Shown in pieces: positions 8,730 through 17,402 of a stretch of DNA of 64,000 nt. The stretch is from positions 1,952,001-2,016,000 of the forward strand of contig CBDCXR010000004.1 of assembly GCA_965223845.1 (NCBI GenBank). The letters are read 5' to 3'. Under the pieces are notes generated by a model. That model was not told where the DNA came from. It was given only the letters and a program-made list of their open reading frames with translations, and did not search any database. The translations under genes were made by a program, and so were the position numbers. The first letter of the stretch is position 1. Each line of letters begins with the position of its first letter. This DNA is from Planctomycetota bacterium. Lineage in GTDB: Bacteria > Planctomycetota > UBA8108 > SXIK01.

Positions 8730-10304
8730 TTAACGAGAACCTCGCGAGCGCCAGCGCGCGACGAGCGGCGGGAGCACCCAAATCAGAATACAGCTGACGC
8801 CGAGGACAAGCGCGATGGGGCGTTCCGGACTGAGTAGCGACAGCACGGAGCCCTGATTCTTGATCACGCTGCGAATGAAATACTCTTCCAGCTTCGCGCC
8901 GAGAATCAAGCCCAGAACGACGGGACCGAGCGGCACGCGGAACGCTTCGAGCGCGAACCCGAGCACCCCCATCGCGAGCATGATCCAAACGTCGAGAAGG
9001 TCGCTGTAGAGCGCGTACGCGCCGACCGTACAGAAAAGAAGAATCGCGGGAAGAAGGACTCGCCGCGGGATTCGGACGAGATGGCTCGCACCGCGAATCG
9101 CGAGGTAGCCGAGCGGCAGCAAAAGCAGATTCGCCGCGATGAACGTGAAGAAGACACTGTAGACGAGCTCGGGCTGGTCTTCGAAGATCTTCGGCCCCGG
9201 CTTGACGTTCTGCATGAGGAGGACACCGATCGCGATCGCCGTGACCGAATCCCCCGGGATCCCGAAGATGAGCGATGGCACCCAAGCGCCTCCGAGCGCC
9301 GCGTTGTTCGCCGCGCTCGCGTCGCTCAGCCCCTCGATCGACCCCTTCCCGTAGTCACCGGGATGACGAGACGTCTTCTTCGAGGCTGCCATCGACACCC
9401 ACGCGCCGATGTCGGCACCAGCTCCCGGAAGAACTCCGACGCCCGTCCCGATCACCATCGAACGGAGCGCGTGCCACTTCCGTCGAACGAAGAGAAGTGC
9501 GGCCGGAACGAGCATTCCGCGCCCCGCAGATTCGCGCAGAATCCGTTCGCCGCTCGACACGTCATCGGGATTCGAGTTCTCGTCGTCTTGGACGTCGGCT
9601 CGTTCACTTCCCGTCGCCACAACGTCGAAACCGCGAAGGAGATTCCGCAGCACTTCCGAAAGACCAAAGAGGCCGATCATCGCCGGAATGAAATGGACCC
9701 CGACGATGAGCGCGTCCGTCCCGAAGACGAAGCGCGGCGTTCCGTGCACGGGGCTCAGCCCGACGGTCGAGAGAAGCAGGCCGACGAGAAGCGCCAGCGC
9801 TCCCTTGAGGCGTGAACCCGACGCAACGATCCCCGCGCAACTGAGTCCGAGCGCGGCGAGCCAAAAGTACTCGACGCTCGTGAAGAAGAGCGCGAAGCGG
9901 GCGACGGCCGGTGCTGCGGCCATGAGGACGATCGCCCCGAAGATCCCTCCGACGACCGAAAAGAGGAGACTGACGCCGAGCGCCTGCCGCGGGTAACCGC
10001 GCCGAGTGAGCGCGTAGGCGTCCTCCGTGTAGGCCGAAGACGCCGGTGTTCCGGGGATGCGGAGGAGCGCGTTCGGGAGGTCACCCGCAAAGATCGCGCA
10101 GGCCTCGAGCGCGACGATCGCCGCGAGCGCAGAAACGGGATCGAGGTGATAGGTGATCGGGACGAGCAGCGCGACCGCCATGGTCGCGGTGAGCCCGGGA
10201 ATCGCCCCGATGACGACGCCGTACGTCGCCGCAAATAGGATCGCAAGGAGTGTCGCGGGGCTCGCGAAGACCGCGTAGAAGCTTCGTTCGAGGACCTCTA
10301 ACAT
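8730..10304 (-). CDS. tctA: Tripartite tricarboxylate transporter permease TctA
   Basis: GAIPGLTATMAVALL, LLRIPGTPAS, GVLPGAGA, FGIPGDSVTA and many TM helices. Confidence 0.95.
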   Translation of the reverse strand: MLEVLERSFYAVFASPATLLAILFAATYGVVIGAIPGLTATMAVALLVPITYHLDPVSALAAIVALEACAIFAGDLPNALLRIPGTPASSAYTEDAYALTRRGYPRQALGVSLLFSVVGGIFGAIVLMAAAPAVARFALFFTSVEYFWLAALGLSCAGIVASGSRLKGALALLVGLLLSTVGLSPVHGTPRFVFGTDALIVGVHFIPAMIGLFGLSEVLRNLLRGFDVVATGSERADVQDDENSNPDDVSSGERILRESAGRGMLVPAALLFVRRKWHALRSMVIGTGVGVLPGAGADIGAWVSMAASKKTSRHPGDYGKGSIEGLSDASAANNAALGGAWVPSLIFGIPGDSVTAIAIGVLLMQNVKPGPKIFEDQPELVYSVFFTFIAANLLLLPLGYLAIRGASHLVRIPRRVLLPAILLFCTVGAYALYSDLLDVWIMLAMGVLGFALEAFRVPLGPVVLGLILGAKLEEYFIRSVIKNQGSVLSLLSPERPIALVLGVSCILIWVLPPLVARWRSRGSR

Positions 10305-10314
10305 CGCGCGGAGC

Positions 10315-11784
10315 TCACCAGCCGAAAAGTCCGCGGGGAAGCGGAACCGCGAGGATTCCGCTGAATAGCTGGTAGACGCCGGCGACGAGAAGAAGGCTGA
10401 GCGGCACGGCGACGACGGCGCGAACGCCGTAGCGGAGTGAGAGATAGAGAACGAGCACCGACCCCGCGATCAAGAATCCAACTGGCGTCACGACTAGAAT
10501 AAAGACCGCGACCGCGATGAGTGTCTCGATCGCATGGACGAATCCCTTTCGTGTCACCGAAACGGACGATTCCGCTTCGGCCTCGACTCCGCGCAGCTTC
10601 TGAAGCGCGAGCCCGATGAGAACCAGCGCGAGACCCACTCCGATGACTCCGGGGAAAAAGAACGGACCGAACTGATCCGGCGCTGCGTCCGCGAATTGTT
10701 CCCGGAGGAGGACACCCATCTTCTCGTCGACGTCGGCGAGCTCGCGCACGAACGCCTCGCTGCTTCGAATCAGCATCGCCTCTCCCTGCTGATCCATGAA
10801 CTCGCGGAACGCGTCGCCGGCGACGATCCTCTCCATCGCGCCGAGGATCGTCAGGTACACGTCGTCGGGCGTCTCGGGCGGAAGCGCGAGCCCTCTCCAC
10901 CCGCCGAGCGTCCAGTCGAAACCCTGTTCCTTGAGCGTCGGGACATCCGGATAGTGGGGGAGTCGCTCCGCCGACATGACGCCGAGCGCCCGCACTTCTC
11001 CCGCCGCGAGAAGGGAACCCGCTTCGGGGAGACTGCAGGCGACGATCTGCAGGCCCTTCGTGAGAAGCTCCTGAAGCGAGGGCCCTGCCCCCTGGCTCGG
11101 CTCCCAGATCACGGAGTCCGCCTGGAGCCCCGCCGCCTTCAGCCATCCGGCGAGCGCGAGGTGCCAGATCCCGCCCTTCGCCGTTCCGGAAGCGACGAGC
11201 GTACCCGGACTCGCTCGCACCGCTTCCACGAGCTCCGCGAGCGTCGTCCACTCCGCATCCTTGTGAACGATGAGCGCGGCGGGGACGCTGTTCAGCATGA
11301 TCACCGGGCGGTAATCGCGGTACGTGAGCTCGGTGAGACCGCGGTGGTGGAGCATGTTGATCTCCACCGTGATCATCGTGAGCGTGTATCCGTCGGGATC
11401 GGCTCGCGCGCCGCGATCGTGCCCGGTCACTCCGGACCCGCCCGTCGCGTTGAGGACGTTTACCTGCTCGCCGAGCTCGTCCCCGAGAAGGTCCGCGACC
11501 TTTCGCGACATTCGGTCGGTCCCCCCTCCGACCGCCCACGGACAGACGAGGAGGAGTGGACGATTCGGGTACGTTTCGGACCGCTCGCAGGAGGGCGAAA
11601 CGATGCCGAGTGCGATCAACGCGAGCGCCGCTGCGGTCAGGCGAGACGAAGCGTGCCGCCTGCCACTCGCCGACCGAACGTTCGCGCGCTGCGAGATCTC
11701 AGTTGAGGAGACTTTCGCCGCCGTCGCCGTGAGACGCGTCGAGACACGCCCGATGGTGCCAACCGGCTTCGTTCCGCGTGACAC
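10315..11784 (-). CDS. tctC: TctC (Bug) substrate-binding protein fused to a TctB-like membrane domain
   Basis: YPNRPLLLVCPWAVGGGTD, ADPDGYTL, PDVPTLKEQG, then GPFFFP, four TM helices and LAVPLPRG (TctB). Start uncertain. Confidence 0.88.
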   Translation of the reverse strand: MSRGTKPVGTIGRVSTRLTATAAKVSSTEISQRANVRSASGRRHASSRLTAAALALIALGIVSPSCERSETYPNRPLLLVCPWAVGGGTDRMSRKVADLLGDELGEQVNVLNATGGSGVTGHDRGARADPDGYTLTMITVEINMLHHRGLTELTYRDYRPVIMLNSVPAALIVHKDAEWTTLAELVEAVRASPGTLVASGTAKGGIWHLALAGWLKAAGLQADSVIWEPSQGAGPSLQELLTKGLQIVACSLPEAGSLLAAGEVRALGVMSAERLPHYPDVPTLKEQGFDWTLGGWRGLALPPETPDDVYLTILGAMERIVAGDAFREFMDQQGEAMLIRSSEAFVRELADVDEKMGVLLREQFADAAPDQFGPFFFPGVIGVGLALVLIGLALQKLRGVEAEAESSVSVTRKGFVHAIETLIAVAVFILVVTPVGFLIAGSVLVLYLSLRYGVRAVVAVPLSLLLVAGVYQLFSGILAVPLPRGLFGW

Positions 11785-12367
11785 CTTGACCTGCCAGCAT
11801 CCCGGAGAGGAGGAGCTTTCCGCACGAGGAGCAACACTCGTTCACGTCGGGAAACTCGGGCGATTTCTGCTCGATGACGACAACCTGCGCCGCGATCGGT
11901 CCGGAGACTCCGCCGCGCGCCGCCGCTTCGAGAGGCGCTGCTTCGAGAGGAGCCGCCGCTCCCGAGCTCGAGCATTCGTCCGCGATCTCGCGCAGCTGAT
12001 CGATGAGGCTCGCCGCCCACGAACTCACCGCGTTGAATCCCTCCGAGCTCACGCCGGAGTGGCTTCGCCCCAACGGATCTTCGTCCATGTCCCCGGCGGT
12101 CTCGCCGTCACCGTCGTCGCCCTCGTGCGCGTCGAAGACGCGCCCGTCGAAGGCGGTGTCGGAATCCGCCCCCGCGAGCGCTTCGCGCAGCTTGCGCATA
12201 ATGTAGTGCTGCGACTCCTCTAGGCGATCGAGGCGGTCCGCAAGATCGTCGCTCTTAGGCACCCGCTTTCGGATCGATTCGATCTCGATCACCTGGCGGC
12301 GCACTTCCCGCTCGAAATCGTGTAGGCTCCAGACCATGTAAACCACCACTTTGGCTGGGGTATCCAC
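11699..12367 (-). CDS. Hypothetical protein with coiled coil and C-terminal LIM-like zinc finger
   Basis: Coiled-coil N-terminus and CSSC...WHHRAC motif. Upstream promoter-like sequence. Confidence 0.55.
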   Translation of the reverse strand: MDTPAKVVVYMVWSLHDFEREVRRQVIEIESIRKRVPKSDDLADRLDRLEESQHYIMRKLREALAGADSDTAFDGRVFDAHEGDDGDGETAGDMDEDPLGRSHSGVSSEGFNAVSSWAASLIDQLREIADECSSSGAAAPLEAAPLEAAARGGVSGPIAAQVVVIEQKSPEFPDVNECCSSCGKLLLSGMLAGQGVTRNEAGWHHRACLDASHGDGGESLLN

Positions 12368-12450
12368 GGAGGCGGGGACCGACTCGGCGCGTTGCGCGCG
12401 TGCGGTAGTTCCACCCTCCGCAGGTCTCTCACTTCTCCTTCTGCCGGCTC

Positions 12451-12481
12451 ATTGTAGGGGTGCGTTCTTGCGAGGCGCAAG
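12451..12481 (-). promoter_or_regulatory. Putative sigma70 promoter with palindrome over -35
   Basis: TTGCGC-N18-TACAAT, with CTTGCG-CCT-CGCAAG inverted repeat at 12467-12481. Confidence 0.45.
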
Positions 12482-12616
12482 CCTGGAGAGCGCGCTTCGG
12501 AGGGGCCGAAAAGAATCGCGACGTCGCGGGTCACGAGGGCTGATTCGGCCGCTCCCACCGCGCCCGCCCGCAACGTACAGAATCGGAACGCCGACGCAGC
12601 GGAGAAGCGGCGGATT

Positions 12617-13357
12617 CTATCCCGTCGCGCTCGGTTTGCCACGAAAAACAGGGCTTTCGGCGCCCGCGAGGGCGGCGCCGACCTCGTCGACACCGCCGAC
12701 GACCCAGTCTGCCTCGCGGAGTCGATCGCAGTCGACCGTGTGTCCGACCGCGACGCAGCGGAGCCCGGCCGACCGCGCCGCGGCGATGCCGGCGGGGGTG
12801 TCCTCGATGGCCAGGCACTGGCCGGGGTCTAGTCGCGCTCCCGAGTCCCGGGCGTGGAGATCGTAAGCTCTCGAATAGATCGCCGGATCCGGCTTCGACG
12901 CGAGGCCATCGTCCGCGCAGAGGACGAAGCGGAACGAATCGAGGAGCTCGAATCGCTCGAGCACGCGAACGATCTCCTCGCGCCGCGCCCCGCTCGCGAT
13001 CCCGATCGGATTCCGCCTCCGCGCGTGCTCCACGGTCTCGCGCGCTCCGGGGTAGAGCTCGACCGAATCGACGCGATCGAGGTAGCGGCGCTGTTTCTCA
13101 TCGATGAGTCGGGTCAGCTCCGCCGGGCTCAGGGGAGGACGACCGCCGAGCTCGAAGGCACGGCGAAAGCACTCGTGGTCGCTTCGCCCGAGGAACTCGC
13201 GATCGCACTCCTCGCGGCTGAACGAGAGCTCGACTCCGGCCAGCGTTTCGATGAACGTCGCGTGATGGAGATCCTCAGTGACCGCGATGACGCCGTCGAA
13301 ATCGAAGACGATCGCGTGCGGAGCCCACTCTCGCCCGAACGGCTGCTCAGGGGGCAT
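12617..13357 (-). CDS. HAD-family phosphatase (beta-PGM/CbbY-like)
   Basis: FDFDGV, IASG, KPDP, IEDTPAG motifs. Confidence 0.92.
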   Translation of the reverse strand: MPPEQPFGREWAPHAIVFDFDGVIAVTEDLHHATFIETLAGVELSFSREECDREFLGRSDHECFRRAFELGGRPPLSPAELTRLIDEKQRRYLDRVDSVELYPGARETVEHARRRNPIGIASGARREEIVRVLERFELLDSFRFVLCADDGLASKPDPAIYSRAYDLHARDSGARLDPGQCLAIEDTPAGIAAARSAGLRCVAVGHTVDCDRLREADWVVGGVDEVGAALAGAESPVFRGKPSATG

Positions 13358-14441
13358 TCTGCGTCCGCTCGACGAGGTCGCGAATGAGGCTCGCGCGGTA
13401 ACCCCAGTACCCCTCCGGATCCGCTTCGGCGACGGCCTTCAAGTCGGCGAGCGACTCGCCGGCCCGCCGCGCCTTCGCTAACGCAAGGGCGCGGAGAAAG
13501 AGCGCCTCGAGACGACCCTTTCCTTCGGCCCCGCGATCGAGATAACCGCCGAGGACCGTGATCGCTCTCTCGGGGTCCCGCCCGCGGATCTTGATCTCCG
13601 CGAGCGCCATCGCCGCACGGCGATACTCGGAGCTCGACGCGGGAGCTTCGTCGGCCGACGCGGCGGATACGAGCACTTTCTCGTACTCCTTCGCCGCCTC
13701 GTCGCCGCGGTGAATCGAGCGCAAGAGATCGGCAAAGTCGAGCCGTGCCGAGATCGACTCGGGGCTCTTCTCGAGACATGCGCGCAGGATCTTGGCTGCT
13801 TCATCCGTGTTCCCCGCGGCGAAGAGAGCGAGGGCGTAGGCCCGCTGCGCGTCGAGATCGTCCGGCCGACTCGAGGCTTCTTCCTTCAGCTTCTTGAGCG
13901 TGCTCGAAGCGCGCGCCGCCTTCTGCGCCTCGCTGAGAAAGGTGGGAGCGTCGCGAAAGCCCAGAATGCGATGGATCTCTTTTCCGGCCGGCGAGAGGAA
14001 GAGGAGCGTCGGATAGCCTTCGACGGCGTGCTTCTTTCTGAGCTCAGGATGCTCATCGGCGTCGATCTTGAGCGCGACGAAGAACTGCCCGACGAAGCGA
14101 ATCACGCGCTCGTCCGCGAACGTCTCACGATCGAGCTTCTTGCACGGTCCGCACCACGTCGTGAAGAAGTCGACGAGGATCGGCCGCTCGGTCTTCTTCG
14201 CGAGCGCGAGCGCGGCGTCGTAGTCTTTCTGCCACTCGATCTCGCCGAGCGCGAGCACGGGAGCTTCGGTCGCCGATTCCTTCTTCGCGGGTTCGGCCTC
14301 CGAAGACTTCGGCGCCGGGCGCGAGGAATCGTCCACGTCCCCGGCGCAGGTCGATTCGGGCGAAACGACGCCGAGCACGAAGCACGCCGCGAGGATGGCC
14401 GGAGTCGAGCGGCAGAAGAAGCGGTTCGAGAGGACGAGCAT
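13347..14441 (-). CDS. Exported thioredoxin-family protein with C-terminal TPRs
   Basis: Signal-like N-terminus, DFFTTWCGPCKKL, GYPT cis-Pro and TPR-like helices. ATG 14441 chosen. Confidence 0.88.
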   Translation of the reverse strand: MLVLSNRFFCRSTPAILAACFVLGVVSPESTCAGDVDDSSRPAPKSSEAEPAKKESATEAPVLALGEIEWQKDYDAALALAKKTERPILVDFFTTWCGPCKKLDRETFADERVIRFVGQFFVALKIDADEHPELRKKHAVEGYPTLLFLSPAGKEIHRILGFRDAPTFLSEAQKAARASSTLKKLKEEASSRPDDLDAQRAYALALFAAGNTDEAAKILRACLEKSPESISARLDFADLLRSIHRGDEAAKEYEKVLVSAASADEAPASSSEYRRAAMALAEIKIRGRDPERAITVLGGYLDRGAEGKGRLEALFLRALALAKARRAGESLADLKAVAEADPEGYWGYRASLIRDLVERTQNAP

Positions 14442-14527
14442 GTCGAAGACCTTTCGGATGACTCGAAGGAAGAGCCGCGACCGGGACCGGCTCGCCCTCG
14501 ATTGTAACCCGCGGCGCGGGCTACGCC

Positions 14528-16009
14528 TCACTCCTTGATGCACCGGGCTTCCGCCCACGCGACGTGGTCGCCGAAATCTAGGCCGTCCGAGCCGTAGCCG
14601 ACCTCGAGACGGAGGAGCTCGACGTCTCGAACGGGGAGAGCAATCTCGCGCGGCGGGTCGCGATCGGTCAACTCGCCCCGGAAGAGCTCTTTGCCGTCGG
14701 CGACGACCCGAAACTCAACTCTCTTGACGGGCTTCTCGTCCGTTCGCTGCGTCGCCGCGGCGGATGTCCGCCGCGCCGCTTTCCGTTCGTCGACGTATCC
14801 GATCGTCGCCGCAAACGTCGCGTAGCTCGCGCCGATGCGAAAATCGAGAGCCGAACGCGCGTGGACCCCGAGCCCCTTGCGAAAGCGACGGCCACCGAGA
14901 CGGAGCGGCCGACCGTCCGTCGCGACATCCTTTCGCCACGGAAACGCGGTCGCCTCGCCGATGAGCCCGGCTTCCTCGACACGCACCGGTTTCGCGTCGG
15001 AGAGGAAGAGAACGCGATCGCTGAAAAACCGCACGGAGCGAAGGCGGTCGAGGGGGAGAGTCTCGACGCGCTTCTCCGCGCCGCGAAACCGAAACGCGAG
15101 CGAGTGACGCCCGTCCGCGACGCGAGCCGCGACGATCACTCCCGGAAACTCGCCTCCCGATGCGAGCTCGAAGACCGCCGGAAAGCCGAGATCCTCCTCG
15201 CGCGTCGCCGCCGGGGCGAACATCACCGCGAACACCTTTCTGACCGCGATTCGGCGCGAACGACCGCGGTACTCGATCGTCAGGTGCGTCTCCGTCAGCG
15301 AGCGGAAGAGTCCCTCGATGCGGACGAGCTGTCCGCGCTGAAGAACGTAGACTCGGTCGGAACGTGCGGCATCGCCCGCAAGCGAGTCCGCGAGGTCGCG
15401 ACGAAAACGGTCGTCTCGACGCGACGGCGCTCCGAGTCGAACTCCGGCGACCACGTCGACCGGAACCCGCATTCGACTTCCTTCGACATCGACGGTCAGC
15501 GAACGCGAGTCCGATCTGAGCACGGCTCCCGGGAGGATCTCGCCCGTGCGGTAGACGATGGCGGGACCTCCGACCTGACCGACGTGCTCCCACTTCGCGG
15601 GCGCCCTCGCCGCCGCGCCGAACTCGATCGACGCGATCTCGTAGAGCGCGATATCGCGCGCGCCGGTCTCGCGTGTCGGCGTTTCACCCGCGCCGGGCTC
15701 CGAACCGGAAGCACGCGGCGGCGTTCCGAGCGCACCCGTCGCCCCCCGCTCGGACGGATCGTACGGCTGCCCGATCCGGACGCCATCCGCATCGAGCCGC
15801 TCGAGCGTGCCCGCGAGCTCGCCCCCGTCGTGAAAGCGCAAACGAATCTGCGGTGCGGTCCCGCGCGCGTCGTCCTCGGCGAGCGCGGGCGTCGAGCCGA
15901 ACGCAAGGACGAGGAGAGACGCGGCAGCCTGAACCCATCGCCGCGGCCGACGGCGAAAGAGGCGTCTCGCCGCTTCGTCGCTCCGCGATCCGCGCGCGGC
16001 GCCGTTCAA
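14528..16009 (-). CDS. Exported protein with C-terminal NPCBM/NEW2 carbohydrate-binding domain
   Basis: LRLGGRRFRKGLGVHARS...FAATIG...DHVAWAEAR. Probable TTG start overlaps the upstream stop (TTGA). Confidence 0.82.
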   Translation of the reverse strand: MNGAARGSRSDEAARRLFRRRPRRWVQAAASLLVLAFGSTPALAEDDARGTAPQIRLRFHDGGELAGTLERLDADGVRIGQPYDPSERGATGALGTPPRASGSEPGAGETPTRETGARDIALYEIASIEFGAAARAPAKWEHVGQVGGPAIVYRTGEILPGAVLRSDSRSLTVDVEGSRMRVPVDVVAGVRLGAPSRRDDRFRRDLADSLAGDAARSDRVYVLQRGQLVRIEGLFRSLTETHLTIEYRGRSRRIAVRKVFAVMFAPAATREEDLGFPAVFELASGGEFPGVIVAARVADGRHSLAFRFRGAEKRVETLPLDRLRSVRFFSDRVLFLSDAKPVRVEEAGLIGEATAFPWRKDVATDGRPLRLGGRRFRKGLGVHARSALDFRIGASYATFAATIGYVDERKAARRTSAAATQRTDEKPVKRVEFRVVADGKELFRGELTDRDPPREIALPVRDVELLRLEVGYGSDGLDFGDHVAWAEARCIKE

Positions 16010-17187
16010 CGTTCCGTGCGGCTGAGGTCCTCGAAATACTGCTCGAGCAGCCGCTGGTAACGCGGCGGGAGCTGACCGGAGTAGCTCTGCAGCGCCCGCG
16101 CGCCGTCTCGGTCGCGGAGCTGTCCCCAGATCGAGCCCGGGTCGCCGCGCGAAACGCCGTGAAGAAGGACCTTCCCCTCGGCGGTCACGAGCCGGGAGAC
16201 TCGCGCCGGACTGTTGCTCCGATTGCCGCCTGCGTTTCCTCCACGGCACGCGCCCTGGCAATTCGAGCCGCCGCAGCTCTTGCAGGCGTTCTTTTCGATC
16301 GCCTCCTGGAGCTCGATGAGCTTGTCGAGAGCAGCGAGGATCTTCGTCTCTTCCGCCTGGGTCGGATCGAGACCGGTCACCTCCTTCTCGAGGAGCCGCT
16401 CGACTCCGCCCATCCAGTTGCCGACCTTGCCGAGCGGCGCGCCCACCTGTTTCGAAAGCTCCTCGGCGCGCCCCTTGAGCTCCGCCTTGCGCGCGTCGGG
16501 CATGTGCTGGAAGTCGGTGAGTACGATCATCGTCTGGGTGAGTTCAAAGAGCGGTCGCCCGAGCGCGCCGAAACACTTCGCGATGAGCTCGCTCGCTTCG
16601 TAGTCGGGCACGAGGTAGAGGCGATGGTTCGCCACGATGCGTTCGCACTTCTCGACGATCCGGAGATACGCCTCCGCGCCGTTTCCCTCGGAGCGCTTCG
16701 CGGCCGTGAAGTCGAGCTGCACGCCGGCGAGCGCCGCGTAGGCGGTGAGGTAAGGGTCGTTCCCGCGCTCGATCTCGCGGGCTTTTTCTCGCGCCGCCGC
16801 GGGATCGCTTTCGAGGAGTTCGACGAGCTTGCGGTACTCGGGGTAAATCTCCTTGAGCGCGCCGGCGATGAAGTCGTCCCCGGAGTAGGCGAGATCCTCG
16901 TGCGCGCAGCACGTGGTTTCACCCTCGGCCGCGTGGGCCTCGTGCTCGATCGCTCTCAGCTCGTCGAGAGCGCGGCCGATCTCGTACTCGAGGACGAGCG
17001 CGCTGTATCGCGCCGGGTCGATGCGCGCGACCTTGACGACGTGCTGAATGAACCCTTCGATCTTCTCCTGCGGAGAGAGATGCGAGACGTCCTGCGCCGA
17101 GACGCGCTCGGCGACGAGCCCACTCGCGACGACGCCAATCACCACCGCTCCGAGCACTGCAGAACGATTCAGCGAGGAAAGGATCAT
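16006..17187 (-). CDS. Exported helical protein with Cys/Gly-rich segment
   Basis: RBS GGAGG/GAGGA, signal peptide, CKSCGGSNCQGAC and C-terminal PPRYQRLLEQYF. Confidence 0.8.
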   Translation of the reverse strand: MILSSLNRSAVLGAVVIGVVASGLVAERVSAQDVSHLSPQEKIEGFIQHVVKVARIDPARYSALVLEYEIGRALDELRAIEHEAHAAEGETTCCAHEDLAYSGDDFIAGALKEIYPEYRKLVELLESDPAAAREKAREIERGNDPYLTAYAALAGVQLDFTAAKRSEGNGAEAYLRIVEKCERIVANHRLYLVPDYEASELIAKCFGALGRPLFELTQTMIVLTDFQHMPDARKAELKGRAEELSKQVGAPLGKVGNWMGGVERLLEKEVTGLDPTQAEETKILAALDKLIELQEAIEKNACKSCGGSNCQGACRGGNAGGNRSNSPARVSRLVTAEGKVLLHGVSRGDPGSIWGQLRDRDGARALQSYSGQLPPRYQRLLEQYFEDLSRTER

Positions 17188-17299
17188 TCCTCAACCTCCA
17201 GGCCTGATCTCTTCGAGGCGCGTCACTCGGCTCGCGAAAGCGCGGTGGCTCTCAGCGTTCGCATTGACGCAAGTTCAGTCACGATCGGTCGTTCGAGTC

Positions 17300-17328
17300 A
17301 GTATGAGACCGCCCGAAGAGGCGGTCAA
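17300..17328 (-). promoter_or_regulatory. Internal sigma70-type promoter with palindromic spacer
   Basis: TTGACC-N17-CATACT. GACCGCC-N6-GGCGGTC overlaps -35 and the spacer. Confidence 0.55.
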
Positions 17329-17402
17329 AGAGATTCCTTCGGGTTACCGGGCCTCGACGGAGAAGTCGGCTCCGCCTCGATCCGGGCACGCGCCGCCGCC
17401 GC

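Noticed and set aside
7504-9285. Long N-terminal extensions in the ORF track (also to 16261, 20303, 24942, 58861 and from 36977, 39751, 47871, 50156)
   Set aside because: The extensions overlap neighbouring genes or promoters. Downstream starts with RBS or stop/start coupling fit better.
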